This document shows, one piece after another, positions 26,206 to 36,280 of a stretch of DNA of 39,442 nucleotides. Under the pieces are notes generated by a model. The model ran no database searches. It worked only from the letters and a program-made list of their open reading frames with translations, and had not been told where the DNA came from. The DNA is taken from positions 1 to 39,442 of the forward strand of contig NZ_JBMFOX010000010.1 of the NCBI RefSeq assembly GCF_049969415.1, given 5' to 3'. Both the position numbers and the translations under genes were made by a program. Position 1 is the stretch's first letter; every line of letters starts with the position of its first letter. This DNA is from Candidatus Hadarchaeum sp. (GTDB taxonomy: Archaea > Hadarchaeota > Hadarchaeia > Hadarchaeales > Hadarchaeaceae).

Positions 26206-27270
26206 ATGAACTTCTTGGAGGAGTGGATCCACTCCGCGATAAAGCAGAGTTTGGGAGAAAGCGCTGCTTCTGGAAATTTCCCGACCGGCAATCGGAAGAT
26301 AATGCGTGAGGACATCGAGAGGTACCACCTGCAGAAGCTTTCTGAGCTGGTAAAGTACATCGCTGCGAGGAGCCCCTTTTACCGGAGGCTGTTTGCGAAA
26401 GCGGACGTGAATCCCGGTGATATCAAATCGTTCGAGGATTTTTCTAAAATTCCGTTCACGGAGCCGAGGAACATCATCGGCAAGCCGCATCTCTTCTGTT
26501 GCCTGCCGCAGAGCCAGATCTTCAGAGGATTTTCCGCCGAAGGGACCTTGGACTCGATCCGTGTTTTTTATACTAAGGATGAGCTGGACAGAATCGTGGC
26601 ATCAATAGCCGCCGCCCTTGGGACATTGGGGTTGAGAAAGGGCGACGTTTTGCAGATAATGTTTTCCCCGGAAGCTGAATGGGGGTGCGATTACTTGGTC
26701 AGCCGGGCGGCGGAGATCTGTGGCGCCAGGGCGGTGGTTACCGGCCATGGTCTTCTGGAGGAGCAGGTGGATAAAATGGTGGAGCACGGGACCACCATGT
26801 TGATTGGCTCCAACCCCTACATCTACGCGATTACCGGGCTGGCCGAGGGTCGTGGTCTGGACCGGCTGGGGATAAGGTCGGTCATCCTGAGCCGTGGCTG
26901 CAGCTATTTCCCCTTCGACGAATCAATCCGGGAGGAGGTCGAGCGGGTGTGGGGCGGCAAGGCCTATGACCATTATGGGACGATAGAGACCGGCCTGGCG
27001 GTGGCCATCGAGTGCCCCGCCCAGGACGGACTTCACATTAACGAGGCGGATTTTTTTATTGAGGTTGTGGACCCGGAAACAGGCGAGGCCTTGGAGCCGG
27101 GCGAGGAGGGTGAGCTGGTCTTCACCACCCTCAACAGGAGATGCATGCCTCTGCTGAGATATAGGTCGGGCGATATTTCGCGCCTGATTAAGGGCAGGTG
27201 CGGATGTGGGGCGGAGATGCTGAGGATGGAAGGAGTCAAAAGAAAAATTCTCCGGATCGGCGAGGAGTGA
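26206..27270 (+). CDS. Phenylacetate-CoA ligase-like (ANL superfamily) protein, degenerate
   Basis: SPFYR, IPFT, HYGTIETG, ECPAQDGLH, GELVFTTL and PLLRYRSGD. Start taken at ATG 26206. Confidence 0.85.
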   Translation: MNFLEEWIHSAIKQSLGESAASGNFPTGNRKIMREDIERYHLQKLSELVKYIAARSPFYRRLFAKADVNPGDIKSFEDFSKIPFTEPRNIIGKPHLFCCLPQSQIFRGFSAEGTLDSIRVFYTKDELDRIVASIAAALGTLGLRKGDVLQIMFSPEAEWGCDYLVSRAAEICGARAVVTGHGLLEEQVDKMVEHGTTMLIGSNPYIYAITGLAEGRGLDRLGIRSVILSRGCSYFPFDESIREEVERVWGGKAYDHYGTIETGLAVAIECPAQDGLHINEADFFIEVVDPETGEALEPGEEGELVFTTLNRRCMPLLRYRSGDISRLIKGRCGCGAEMLRMEGVKRKILRIGEE

Positions 27271-27326
27271 TTCTTCACCATCGTAAACCTTTTTATGAGT
27301 TTCGTACTAAACTATGGGCGGGCTTT

Positions 27327-28697
27327 TTGAGCAAAACGTTTGTGAAACTGGTAGCGGACATAACCAAAAGGACGGACTCAAGGATCGTGCTCGCACTTGA
27401 CCCTCCTATCAACCCTTATGCGCTGAAGAATCCCGAGGAGCGGTTGAGGGAAAGGCTCAACACAGCGGCCAGGATCAAAAACCTCTTGGCTGAGCTTGAC
27501 GGTCTGGTCTCGGGGGTGAAGATCGGTCTTCCCCTCATCTTTGGTCTCGGGCTGGACTTGGTCGAGGAAATCATCAGCACCCACCGAAAGAGCTACTTCT
27601 TCATCTGTGACCCTAAGATGGCTGACATAGGCCATATCAACCGTCTTGAGGCCGCCCAACTTTTCGACGTCGGTTTTGATGCGCTCATCATCCACGCCGC
27701 GGTCGGAATCAAAGGCGGCATTGACGAGGTCGTTAGCCTGGCCGAGGAGATGGACAAAGGGGTCCTCGGCCTTTGCGCAATGAGCCATCCCGGAGCCGGC
27801 GAGCACCTTAACAAACACTATAATGAGCTGTTGGAGATTGCGGCCAAGGCGGGCGTGGACGGCTTCGTCGTCCCGGCCACCTACCCCCACCTGATAACCA
27901 GCACCAAGAATGCCTATCCCTCAACGATCATCTTTTCCCCCGGCGTTGGCACCCAGGGGGCAAGCTTCGGCTCGGCGCTTGCGGCCGGCGCCGACTACGA
28001 GATAATCGGGAGGAGCATCGTTCAGGATCCATTCCCCGCGGTTAGGGCCAGAGAAATCCTGAAGGAGATCAAAGAGACGGGCATTGACGTCCAGAAAATT
28101 GCGCTGGCGCTGGCGAAGCACCGCTGCGTGATGGTGGGCGAGTTCAAGCTGACCTCGGGACTCATGAGCCCTTACTACATTGACCTGAGGGCGACTCCTT
28201 CCCACCAAGATCTCTTTGATTTGATAACCAGCGCCTATGTCGCCGAGCTGAAGTCGCGCGGGATCTCCTTTGACCGGATCGCGGGTGTGGCCACGGCGGG
28301 GGTGCCGATAGGAGCCTTGGTCGCCTACAAGCTGAATAAACCTTTTCTCTACATCAGAAGGGAGGAGAGGACCCACGGAACCAAGAGCTTGATTGAGGGC
28401 GTGATAAACCCAGGAGAATCCATACTGATCGTGGACGATGCCGTCACCACCGGGGGCAGTCTGTTGAAGGCCATCGAGGCCATCCAAGAGCGGGGCGGCA
28501 GGGTGGAGTATGCGATGGTGCTCGTGGACCGGGAGCAGGGCGGAGCCCAGAATCTGGCCAAGAAGGGGGTCAAGCTGATCTCGCTCATGACGGCGTCGCG
28601 GCTGATCCAGGAGCTCTATCTGAAGGGATTCATTAGCAGGGAGGACTATGAGAGGGTGATAAAGTACATCCAGGAGAGCAAGAATATCCAGAGCTAG
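27327..28697 (+). CDS. pyrF-pyrE: Bifunctional OMP decarboxylase / orotate phosphoribosyltransferase (PyrF-PyrE fusion)
   Basis: N-half has VLALD, DPKMADIG, SPGVG.QG and IIGRSI. C-half has FKLTSG..SPYYIDLR and IVDDAVTTGGS. Start taken at TTG 27327. Confidence 0.93.
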   Translation: MSKTFVKLVADITKRTDSRIVLALDPPINPYALKNPEERLRERLNTAARIKNLLAELDGLVSGVKIGLPLIFGLGLDLVEEIISTHRKSYFFICDPKMADIGHINRLEAAQLFDVGFDALIIHAAVGIKGGIDEVVSLAEEMDKGVLGLCAMSHPGAGEHLNKHYNELLEIAAKAGVDGFVVPATYPHLITSTKNAYPSTIIFSPGVGTQGASFGSALAAGADYEIIGRSIVQDPFPAVRAREILKEIKETGIDVQKIALALAKHRCVMVGEFKLTSGLMSPYYIDLRATPSHQDLFDLITSAYVAELKSRGISFDRIAGVATAGVPIGALVAYKLNKPFLYIRREERTHGTKSLIEGVINPGESILIVDDAVTTGGSLLKAIEAIQERGGRVEYAMVLVDREQGGAQNLAKKGVKLISLMTASRLIQELYLKGFISREDYERVIKYIQESKNIQS

Positions 28698-28738
28698 CTC
28701 GGTGGTTTGGTGTCGCGCCTGCTGTTTGAGGGGTAAAA

Positions 28739-29590
28739 TTGCGGGAAAAATCTTCAATTCTGGGAGAGATTGCCGCAAGCAATCAATCGTTTGGCCGTTT
28801 CGCCTTTCGTCCGGCGAGGATAAAGAGGACGGTCGAGGAAAACTCGCGGGTAAAGTCATTTTACTTGGAATCAAAGGGGATGGAGCCGCCCCGCCCCGGC
28901 CAGTTCTTCATGATCTGGCTTCCGGGCTTTGAGGAAGTCCCGATGAGCGTGTCCGATGCCGGCGCCGGTTATGTCAGGATCTCGGTCTCAAACGAAGGCC
29001 CGACCACGGCGGAGTTTCACCGATTGGATGGGGGCGAGTTAATTTTTCTGCGGGGACCGTTCGGCAATGGTTTTTCCCTGAGCGGAAGGTCCTTCCTCTT
29101 GGTGGGCGGCGGCTACGGCGCGGCGCCGCTGATCTATGCCGCCAAGTCGATTACCGGTGCTGGGGGCAGATGCACTTTTCTTGTTGGAGCCAGGAACAAA
29201 GAGGAACTCCTTTTTGTTGGCGAAGCGCGTGGGCTGGGGATTAGAACGACGGTGGCGACCGAGGACGGTTCCGAGGGATATAGGGGGCTGGTGACGGACC
29301 TTTTGAAAACCGAGCTGAAAAAGAGAAGCTATCAGGCCGTGCTGACCTGCGGTCCGGAGATGATGATGTACGAGGTGGTGAGGCAGGCGGTCAAGCTCAG
29401 GATCAGGGTTCAGGCATCGCTGGAGCGTTTCATGAAGTGCGGGTTCGGGATCTGTGGTTCCTGCGTCTTGGACCCCTTGGGCCTGCGCGTCTGCTCGGAC
29501 GGCCCGGTCTTTGACGGCGCCCTTCTCTTGAAAACTGACTTTGGAAAGAGGAAGCGAGGGGCTTCAGGTGCTCAGGTGAGGTTATGCTGA
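28739..29590 (+). CDS. pyrK: Dihydroorotate dehydrogenase electron transfer subunit (start uncertain)
   Basis: Motifs PGQF, RGPFGNGF, GGGYG.AP, TEDGS.G and ERFMKCGFGICGSC...VC. Confidence 0.93.
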   Translation: MREKSSILGEIAASNQSFGRFAFRPARIKRTVEENSRVKSFYLESKGMEPPRPGQFFMIWLPGFEEVPMSVSDAGAGYVRISVSNEGPTTAEFHRLDGGELIFLRGPFGNGFSLSGRSFLLVGGGYGAAPLIYAAKSITGAGGRCTFLVGARNKEELLFVGEARGLGIRTTVATEDGSEGYRGLVTDLLKTELKKRSYQAVLTCGPEMMMYEVVRQAVKLRIRVQASLERFMKCGFGICGSCVLDPLGLRVCSDGPVFDGALLLKTDFGKRKRGASGAQVRLC

Positions 29591-30486
29591 AGGTCACGGT
29601 GGGCAAGTTGAGGCTGAGGAATCCCATCATGCTGGCTTCGGGTGTGCTCTGCAACGGTTCGCTTCTGAAGCGTGCCGCCGTCGAGGGCGGAGCCGGAGCC
29701 GTGGTAACGAAGAGCTTGACGCAGGAGGTGCGTGAGGGTTATTCCACTCCCGTGGTCGTCGGGGTCGAGGGAGGTTTGATTAACGCGGTTGGTCTGGCCA
29801 ACCCCGGTTACGAGGCCTACCTCCGAGAGGACCTGCCCTTGGCCAAGGAGGGAAAGGTGCCGGTGATTGTCAGCGTCGCCGGCAGGAGCGCCGAGGATTT
29901 TGCCGAGATCTGTGTCCGGGCCCAGGAGGCCGGAGCCGATGCCGTAGAGCTGAATCTTTCCTGCCCCCACGTGGATAAGCACGGGATGGAGATAGGAGCC
30001 GACCCCCTCGCCGTCGCCAAGATAGTGAAGACGGTGCGAGCAGCACTGGAGATACCCCTCTATGTCAAGCTGGGGCTCAGTGATAAATTGATTGACTCAG
30101 CGGTTTCCGCCCAGGAGGCCGGCGCCGATGCCGTGGTCGCCATCAACACCGTCAAGGCGATGGCGATCGATGTTGAGGCCAAGAGGCCTGTGCTCACCAA
30201 CACCTACGGCGGCCTCTCCGGGCCCGCCATCCACCCCATCGCCCTGCGCTGCGTCTTCGAGCTCTACCAGAGGCTCTCCGTCCCGATAATAGGCTGTGGC
30301 GGCGTCGGCGACTGGAGGACCGCGCTCGAGTTCCTCATGGCCGGTGCTCAGGCGGTTCAGGTGGGCTCGGCTCTGGCCGTCCGCGGAATTGGAGTTTTCC
30401 GTGAGATAGAGAAGGGAATAAAGGATTATTTGGTCCGGCACAAGTTTAGGAGTGTTAGGGAGGTCATCGGGATCGCCCACGGGTGA
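29584..30486 (+). CDS. pyrD: Dihydroorotate dehydrogenase family 1B catalytic subunit
   Basis: Motifs [28 protein letters not shown] and GGLSGPAI. Confidence 0.95.
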   Translation: MLKVTVGKLRLRNPIMLASGVLCNGSLLKRAAVEGGAGAVVTKSLTQEVREGYSTPVVVGVEGGLINAVGLANPGYEAYLREDLPLAKEGKVPVIVSVAGRSAEDFAEICVRAQEAGADAVELNLSCPHVDKHGMEIGADPLAVAKIVKTVRAALEIPLYVKLGLSDKLIDSAVSAQEAGADAVVAINTVKAMAIDVEAKRPVLTNTYGGLSGPAIHPIALRCVFELYQRLSVPIIGCGGVGDWRTALEFLMAGAQAVQVGSALAVRGIGVFREIEKGIKDYLVRHKFRSVREVIGIAHG

Positions 30487-30487
30487 G

Positions 30488-32113
30488 ATGATGAAGTACG
30501 TGATCATGATCGGCGGCGTCATCAGCGGCTTGGGGAAGGGGATAACCACGGCCTCCATCGGCAGAATTCTCCAGTCCCGTGGCTACCGGGTAACGGCGAT
30601 AAAGATCGACCCCTACCTGAACTGCGATGCCGGCACCATAAACCCCTTCGAGCACGGCGAGATCTTCGTCACGGATGACGGCGGCGAAATAGATCTGGAT
30701 ATGGGACATTATGAGAGATTTCTTGACGTGAACTTGACCAAAAAGCACAACATCACCACCGGCCAGATCTACGGCGAGGTGATCAGGAGGGAGCGTAAAG
30801 GGGACTACTTGGGACAAACGGTTCAGATCATCCCGCACGTCACCGATCTCATCAAAAGCCGGGTTCGCCAGGTTGCCTCCGAGAGCAACGCCGAGATCTG
30901 CTTGGTCGAGGTCGGCGGCACCGTTGGTGATATCGAGAGCATGCCCTTCATCGAGGCCATGAGGCAGCTTTCCCTGGAGGAGAAGCGCGAGGACGTGGCC
31001 TTCGTCCATCTCACCCTAGTCCCAATTTTGGACGTCGTCGGTGAGCAGAAGACTAAGCCCACCCAGCACAGTGTCAAACAGCTGCTCGCCGCCGGGATAT
31101 CCCCCGACATCCTTATCTGCCGGAGCAGGATTCCGCTCAGCGAAAATGCGAAGCGGAAGATTTCCCTCTTCTGCAACGTCCCCGAGCGGGCGGTCATCAG
31201 CGCCCACGATATCGAGAATGTTTACCGATTGCCCCTCTTGCTCGACGAGGAGGGGTTGGGAGACCTTCTGATTGAAAGGCTTTGTTTGGAGGACCGGGGC
31301 AAGAACATTTCCCGGTGGAAAAGTATCGTCGAGCAGATGGACCAAGCGACCAAGATCATCAGGATTGCCATGGTGGGTAAGTACATCAGGTTCCCCGACA
31401 CCTACTTGAGCATCAACGAGGCCCTGAAGCACGCGGCGGGTGTCAACGATTGCAAGGTTGAAATAGACTGGATAGATGCCGAGGGATTGAGGATGGATGA
31501 GGATCTGGACAGGCTTCGTGGCTATGATGGGATTCTGGTCCCGGGCGGCTTCGGGCAGAGGGGAAGCGAGGGCAAGATTGCGGCGATAAAATATGCACGG
31601 GAACAATCGATTCCCTTTCTCGGCCTTTGTTTCGGATTTCAGCTGGCGGTGGTTGAGTTTGCCCGGAGCGCTGGGTTGAAAAGCGCCAACAGCACCGAGA
31701 TAGATCCTAGGACGCCATATCCTGTGATCGACCTGTTGCCGGAACAGAAGAAGGTGTCGGAGATGGGCGGGACGATGAGACTGGGGGCTCAGGAGGTCCG
31801 CATAGCTAAAGGATCGCTGGCCTTCAGAATCTACGGCAAGGAGAGGATAAGCGAACGGCACCGGCACCGCTACGAGGTCAATCCTAGGTACATTGAAAGG
31901 CTCACAAAAAAAGGGCTGAGATTTTCTGGAAAATCGGTTGACGGAAGGAGAATGGAAATCCTTGAACTGCCCGGCCATAAGTTCTTCCTCGCCACGCAGT
32001 TCCATCCGGAGTTCAAGTCAAGGCCCGGCAAACCGGCGCCAGTTTTTGACGCTTTCGTGAAGGCCGCTTTGGAAAGAGCGAAGCTCGCCGTGAAAGGAAA
32101 GACGGCGGGGTAA
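30488..32113 (+). CDS. pyrG: CTP synthase
   Basis: [43 protein letters not shown] and QFHPEF. Start taken at ATG 30488. Confidence 0.97.
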   Translation: MMKYVIMIGGVISGLGKGITTASIGRILQSRGYRVTAIKIDPYLNCDAGTINPFEHGEIFVTDDGGEIDLDMGHYERFLDVNLTKKHNITTGQIYGEVIRRERKGDYLGQTVQIIPHVTDLIKSRVRQVASESNAEICLVEVGGTVGDIESMPFIEAMRQLSLEEKREDVAFVHLTLVPILDVVGEQKTKPTQHSVKQLLAAGISPDILICRSRIPLSENAKRKISLFCNVPERAVISAHDIENVYRLPLLLDEEGLGDLLIERLCLEDRGKNISRWKSIVEQMDQATKIIRIAMVGKYIRFPDTYLSINEALKHAAGVNDCKVEIDWIDAEGLRMDEDLDRLRGYDGILVPGGFGQRGSEGKIAAIKYAREQSIPFLGLCFGFQLAVVEFARSAGLKSANSTEIDPRTPYPVIDLLPEQKKVSEMGGTMRLGAQEVRIAKGSLAFRIYGKERISERHRHRYEVNPRYIERLTKKGLRFSGKSVDGRRMEILELPGHKFFLATQFHPEFKSRPGKPAPVFDAFVKAALERAKLAVKGKTAG

Positions 32114-32115
32114 TT

Positions 32116-32781
32116 TCAGTTTATTTTCACCCTTTCGCCCCTGTCCATGTAGATTACCCTTTCGGCGATGTTGGTGGCGTGGTCGGCGATTCTCTCGAGG
32201 AATGAGGCCACGAGCATCAGGCGGAAGGCGTCGGATATTTTCTTGGGATCTTCGACAACAAATGAAAATAACTCCCGGTTAACTTGCTGGGCCAGTCTGT
32301 CCACCTCATCGTCCCTTTCGCCCAGCCCCCAGGCCAGCGGTGAATTCTCCTCCTTGAACGCCCTTACGCTGTCCTTGATCATGGCGATGGCAAGTTCCGC
32401 CATCCTCGGGATGTCAACAAGCGGTTTGAGCAGCGGTCTTCCTGCGAGCTGTTTGGTGATTTGGGCGATGTCGGCGGCACGGTCGCCAACCCGCTCCAAG
32501 TCAGTAATTATCTTCAGGCAGGAGCCGATGACGCGAAGGTCCTTGGCCATGGGCTGCTGCAGGGCTATCATATGCATACACTTGTTTTCAATCTCGAGCT
32601 CGAGCTCGTCGATTTTATCGTCCTCCCGTATCACCCTGTTTGCCAAACTGACATCTTGTTTTTCTAAGCTCTTCACCGCCTTTTCTACAGCGGCGGTGGC
32701 GAATGAGCTCATTTCCATCATCAGCGACTTCAGTTCCTCAAGCTCTTCGGATAGTTTCTTCCTCACCTTTGGTTCTTTCAT
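32116..32781 (-). CDS. phoU: Phosphate signalling protein PhoU
   Basis: [16 protein letters not shown] and [13 protein letters not shown]; located within the pst operon. Confidence 0.95.
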   Translation of the reverse strand: MKEPKVRKKLSEELEELKSLMMEMSSFATAAVEKAVKSLEKQDVSLANRVIREDDKIDELELEIENKCMHMIALQQPMAKDLRVIGSCLKIITDLERVGDRAADIAQITKQLAGRPLLKPLVDIPRMAELAIAMIKDSVRAFKEENSPLAWGLGERDDEVDRLAQQVNRELFSFVVEDPKKISDAFRLMLVASFLERIADHATNIAERVIYMDRGERVKIN

Positions 32782-33533
32782 CCAAATCTCCCCATAATAT
32801 AATCCTGCGTCTGCTTATTTCTAGGCCGCTCAAACATCTCCTCCGTTTTACCATACTCAACCAGCGTTCCCAAGTACATGAAGGCGGTGAAGTCGGAGAC
32901 CCGCGCCGCCTGTTGGAGGTTATGGGTCACGATAACGATGGTGTAATTTTTCTTCAGGTCAAAGAGCAGGTCCTCAATTTTCGTCGTTGCGATGGGGTCC
33001 AGAGCCGAGCAGGGTTCGTCCATCAAGATGACCTCGGGATTCACCGCTAGGGCCCGAGCTATGCAAAGGCGCTGCTGCTGGCCACCCGACAGCTCAAAGG
33101 CGGACATCTTTAGCCTGTCCTTGACCTCGTCCCACAGAGCCGCCCTTTTCAGGTTTACCTCAACCACTCTGTTCAGGTCTTCCTTTTTGACAAGGTGGTG
33201 AACTTTTGGCCCGTAGGCCACATTTTCGTAGATGGACTTCGGAAATGGGTTGGGTTTCTGGAAGACCATACCCATTTTCCACCTGATTTCGGTCACGTCC
33301 ACATCCGGACGATAGATGTTTTTGCCGTCGACGAGAACCTCTCCACCGACCCTCGCCCCCGGGGTTAACTCCACCATCCGGTTAAGGGTTTTGATGAAAG
33401 TGGACTTACCGCAACCCGATGGGCCGATTATCGCCGTAATTTTTTTCTCAGGTATCTTTATTGAGAAGTTCTTGATGACTTGGTTGTTGCCGTACCAGAC
33501 GTTTAAATTTTTGGTCTCTATCTTGATTTTCAT
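32778..33533 (-). CDS. pstB: Phosphate ABC transporter ATPase
   Basis: Motifs [29 protein letters not shown] and DEPCSALDP. Confidence 0.97.
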   Translation of the reverse strand: MKIKIETKNLNVWYGNNQVIKNFSIKIPEKKITAIIGPSGCGKSTFIKTLNRMVELTPGARVGGEVLVDGKNIYRPDVDVTEIRWKMGMVFQKPNPFPKSIYENVAYGPKVHHLVKKEDLNRVVEVNLKRAALWDEVKDRLKMSAFELSGGQQQRLCIARALAVNPEVILMDEPCSALDPIATTKIEDLLFDLKKNYTIVIVTHNLQQAARVSDFTAFMYLGTLVEYGKTEEMFERPRNKQTQDYIMGRFG

Positions 33534-33534
33534 C

Positions 33535-34389
33535 CTACCACTTCCTCCGGGCCCGATATCGATAACGGATGATGGCGGCGATTAGTGAGATTGACAATAC
33601 TAGCAAAAGCAGGACTAGGGCCGTGCCGTATTGGATGGGAGTTACCTTTGAGATGTTGGGGTGCTCAGTGGCAAGCACAAAAAGATGGTAAGGTAGGGCC
33701 ATGACCGGGTCAAAAATCGAAGTCGGTAGACCCCGCGTGTAGAACACCGCCCCGGTGAAGAGTATCGGCGCCGTCTCTCCGGCGGCCCTGCCCACGCCGA
33801 GGATGGCACCGGTGATGATTCCAGGAAAACCGGCCGGTAGCACGACCTTTAGTATCGTCTCCCATTTGGTGGCCCCCAGTGCCATGCTGGCTTCTCGGAA
33901 GGAATCGGGGATACTTTTCAGGGCCTCCACCGAGGTCACGATCACGGTGGGCAGGATCATGACGGACAACGTGAGCGACGCTGAAAGCAGCGAGGTGCCG
34001 AAACCAAGAAATTTAACAAAAAAGGCCAGCCCAAAGAGACCGAAGACTATCGAGGGGACACCGTTGAGGTTGTATATCGCGGAATTGACCAGCTTGACGA
34101 ATTTACTCTCGCCGGTTGAGTATTCCACAAGATAGATGGCGGACATCAGTCCAAGGGGCAGTGAAAACACTATTGCCAGCGACACCAAAAGAAGGGTGCC
34201 GACGATGGCCGGAAAAATTCCTCCCGCCGTCATCCCTGAGGTCGGCGGCTGGGTCAGGAACTCCCAGCTTATGATCCCAGCACCGTTTAAAATTATGTGG
34301 AGCAGCAGGTATCCCATGACCGCCAAGATAATCAATATCGCAATTCTGCTGGACCAGATGCCTAGCGCTTGGCAGAATTTTGCCTTCAT
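33535..34389 (-). CDS. pstA: Phosphate ABC transporter permease
   Basis: Motifs [22 protein letters not shown] and RAAGETAP. Confidence 0.95.
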   Translation of the reverse strand: MKAKFCQALGIWSSRIAILIILAVMGYLLLHIILNGAGIISWEFLTQPPTSGMTAGGIFPAIVGTLLLVSLAIVFSLPLGLMSAIYLVEYSTGESKFVKLVNSAIYNLNGVPSIVFGLFGLAFFVKFLGFGTSLLSASLTLSVMILPTVIVTSVEALKSIPDSFREASMALGATKWETILKVVLPAGFPGIITGAILGVGRAAGETAPILFTGAVFYTRGLPTSIFDPVMALPYHLFVLATEHPNISKVTPIQYGTALVLLLLVLSISLIAAIIRYRYRARRKW

Positions 34390-35258
34390 CTACTGCCCCC
34401 ATTTTTAATGAGCCTTATCGCGACTGAATTCAGGACAAGGGTCAAGAGGAACAGAGCTATGCCGATGGCGAAAAGCGCGTTGTAGTGGATTCCGCCGAAG
34501 ACGGCTTCGCCCATCTCGGCAGCGATGGTCTGGGTCAGCGTCCTAACTGGAGAAAAGATCGAGGTGGGAATTATCGGCGAGCCGCCGGTTACCATCATTA
34601 CCGCGATAGTTTCGCCAATGGCCCTGCCGAAGCCGAGGATAATGCCTGCAGCAATTCCCGAGGCCGCCGCGGGTATCGTCACGCTCCTGATGGTTCTCCA
34701 TTTGGTTGCCCCTAAGGCCAGCGAAGCCTCCTTGTAATCCTGGGGCACCGAACTCATCGCGTCCTCGGCGATGCTGAGGATCGTCGGCAGCACCATTATT
34801 GCCAGTATTATCCCTCCGGTTAGCGCAGTTTCTCCCGTAGGCAGGTTGAAAGTCCTCTGAATCAGGGGGACTAGGACCAACAGCCCGAAAAGCCCGTAAA
34901 CTATTGACGGTATTCCGGAGAGGATTTCTATAGTGGGTTTGAGCAATTCCCTGATTCTGGTCCCGGAGATTTCTGCGAGGTAAATTGCACCGAGAACGCC
35001 GAGCGGGACTGAGATGGCGAGGGCTAAAGCCGTGACTAGTAGAGAACCTAGGACTAGCGGAACGATGCCGAATGACGGCGGCAGAGCGGTCGGTCGCCAG
35101 ATGGTGTTGAAAAGGAAGTCGGACAATCCGATGTTGACGAAGAGCGGCAGCCCTTGGCTGAATATGAAGATAAAGATGAAGAATACGGAGAGGATGGAGA
35201 CAAAGGCGAACGCGGCGGTGAAGATTTTTCCTGAGAACTTGATTTTTTTCATGTTCAT
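34386..35258 (-). CDS. pstC: Phosphate ABC transporter permease
   Basis: GIPSIVYGLFG, EASLALGATKW and GRAIGET. Start taken at ATG 35258 (or 35252). Confidence 0.95.
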   Translation of the reverse strand: MNMKKIKFSGKIFTAAFAFVSILSVFFIFIFIFSQGLPLFVNIGLSDFLFNTIWRPTALPPSFGIVPLVLGSLLVTALALAISVPLGVLGAIYLAEISGTRIRELLKPTIEILSGIPSIVYGLFGLLVLVPLIQRTFNLPTGETALTGGIILAIMVLPTILSIAEDAMSSVPQDYKEASLALGATKWRTIRSVTIPAAASGIAAGIILGFGRAIGETIAVMMVTGGSPIIPTSIFSPVRTLTQTIAAEMGEAVFGGIHYNALFAIGIALFLLTLVLNSVAIRLIKNGGSR

Positions 35259-35294
35259 CAGCCTCAAAAAAGGAAAAGGCCGCACTTTAGCGGC

Positions 35295-36158
35295 CTAGGG
35301 AAGTTTAACGAATCCATGTTCCTCAACTATTTTCTGTCCGCTTGGGCCTGTGACGAAGTCTATGAATTCTTTGGCCAGTCCCTCCGGCTGTCCCTTGGTT
35401 ATCATGAAGAGGTAGCGGGAAATCGGGTAGGCACCGCTTTGGACCGTGGAGACAGAGGGCTCAATCCCGTTTATCTTTAGCGCCTTGATGCCGGAAGCGT
35501 CAGCCAAGTAGCCTATGCCCACATAACCGATGCCGTTGGGATTTCCTGAGATGGCTTGAGCCATTTCCCCGTTGGAGGTCTTGGTCAGTGCCCGCAGGGT
35601 GATGTTTTCAGGCTTCATTACTTTGGTTTCAAAGGTTTCGTAGGTGCCGGATGTGGATTCCCTGGTGTAGACCACTATTTCCAAGTTGGGTCCTCCCACC
35701 TCACTCCAGTTGGTTATGTCGCCCTTGAATATCGCCTTCAGCTGTTCCAAGGTCAGCTCATTTACTGGGTTCGTTGAGTTGACGATCACGCAAACAGCAT
35801 CCAAGGCAATCCGATGTTCAACTAAACCCGCACTTTTTTCTTCATCCTTCAGGGTTCTCGAAGAGTTCGCGATGTCGCAGGTTCCGTCAATCAACGCCGC
35901 GATGCCAACTCCTGACCCACCGCCCTCAACCGTTATTTTATCATTGGGGTGGGCGTCCATCCAAGCTTCAGCGGCAGCTTGAGCTATGGGCAGGACAGTT
36001 GTTGAGCCCTTGACTTTTATCGATCTGGTCGTCTGGGTTTGGGCAGCGGTTCCCTGAGTTGGCGACAGCTGACTCTTGGTCCCTTGAAGTATAATGGCTG
36101 AAGCGGCAATTACGGCCACAATCAGCAGGCCCAAATACACTATTGTCTTCGATTTCAT
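35295..36158 (-). CDS. pstS: Phosphate ABC transporter substrate-binding protein
   Basis: N-terminal anchor plus GSTTV, GGSGVG, SSR, RESTSGT and YPISR. Confidence 0.95.
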   Translation of the reverse strand: MKSKTIVYLGLLIVAVIAASAIILQGTKSQLSPTQGTAAQTQTTRSIKVKGSTTVLPIAQAAAEAWMDAHPNDKITVEGGGSGVGIAALIDGTCDIANSSRTLKDEEKSAGLVEHRIALDAVCVIVNSTNPVNELTLEQLKAIFKGDITNWSEVGGPNLEIVVYTRESTSGTYETFETKVMKPENITLRALTKTSNGEMAQAISGNPNGIGYVGIGYLADASGIKALKINGIEPSVSTVQSGAYPISRYLFMITKGQPEGLAKEFIDFVTGPSGQKIVEEHGFVKLP

Positions 36159-36280
36159 TTTCTCATCATTTTTTATATAGAAAACGACATTTTTATTGTT
36201 TTTACCAATATTCTATATATTTATTTGTATTAATCGTAAAAATATATATTTAAGTTAGTAAGAAAATAATTGGTGTTCGC

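Noticed and set aside
26029-26360. Apparent ~330-bp head-to-head overlap of the radical SAM and CoA-ligase ORFs
   Set aside because: An artefact of longest-ORF starts. The plausible starts (26111/26144 and 26206) leave a normal divergent gap.
21631-27330. Integrated element at tRNA-Arg
   Set aside because: I saw no integrase and no duplicated tRNA 3' end (att site) downstream.
27921-28874. 317-aa antisense ORF
   Set aside because: A shadow of pyrF-pyrE with no motifs, as expected in GC-rich coding DNA.
31016-32005. 329-aa antisense ORF
   Set aside because: A shadow of pyrG with no independent coding signal.
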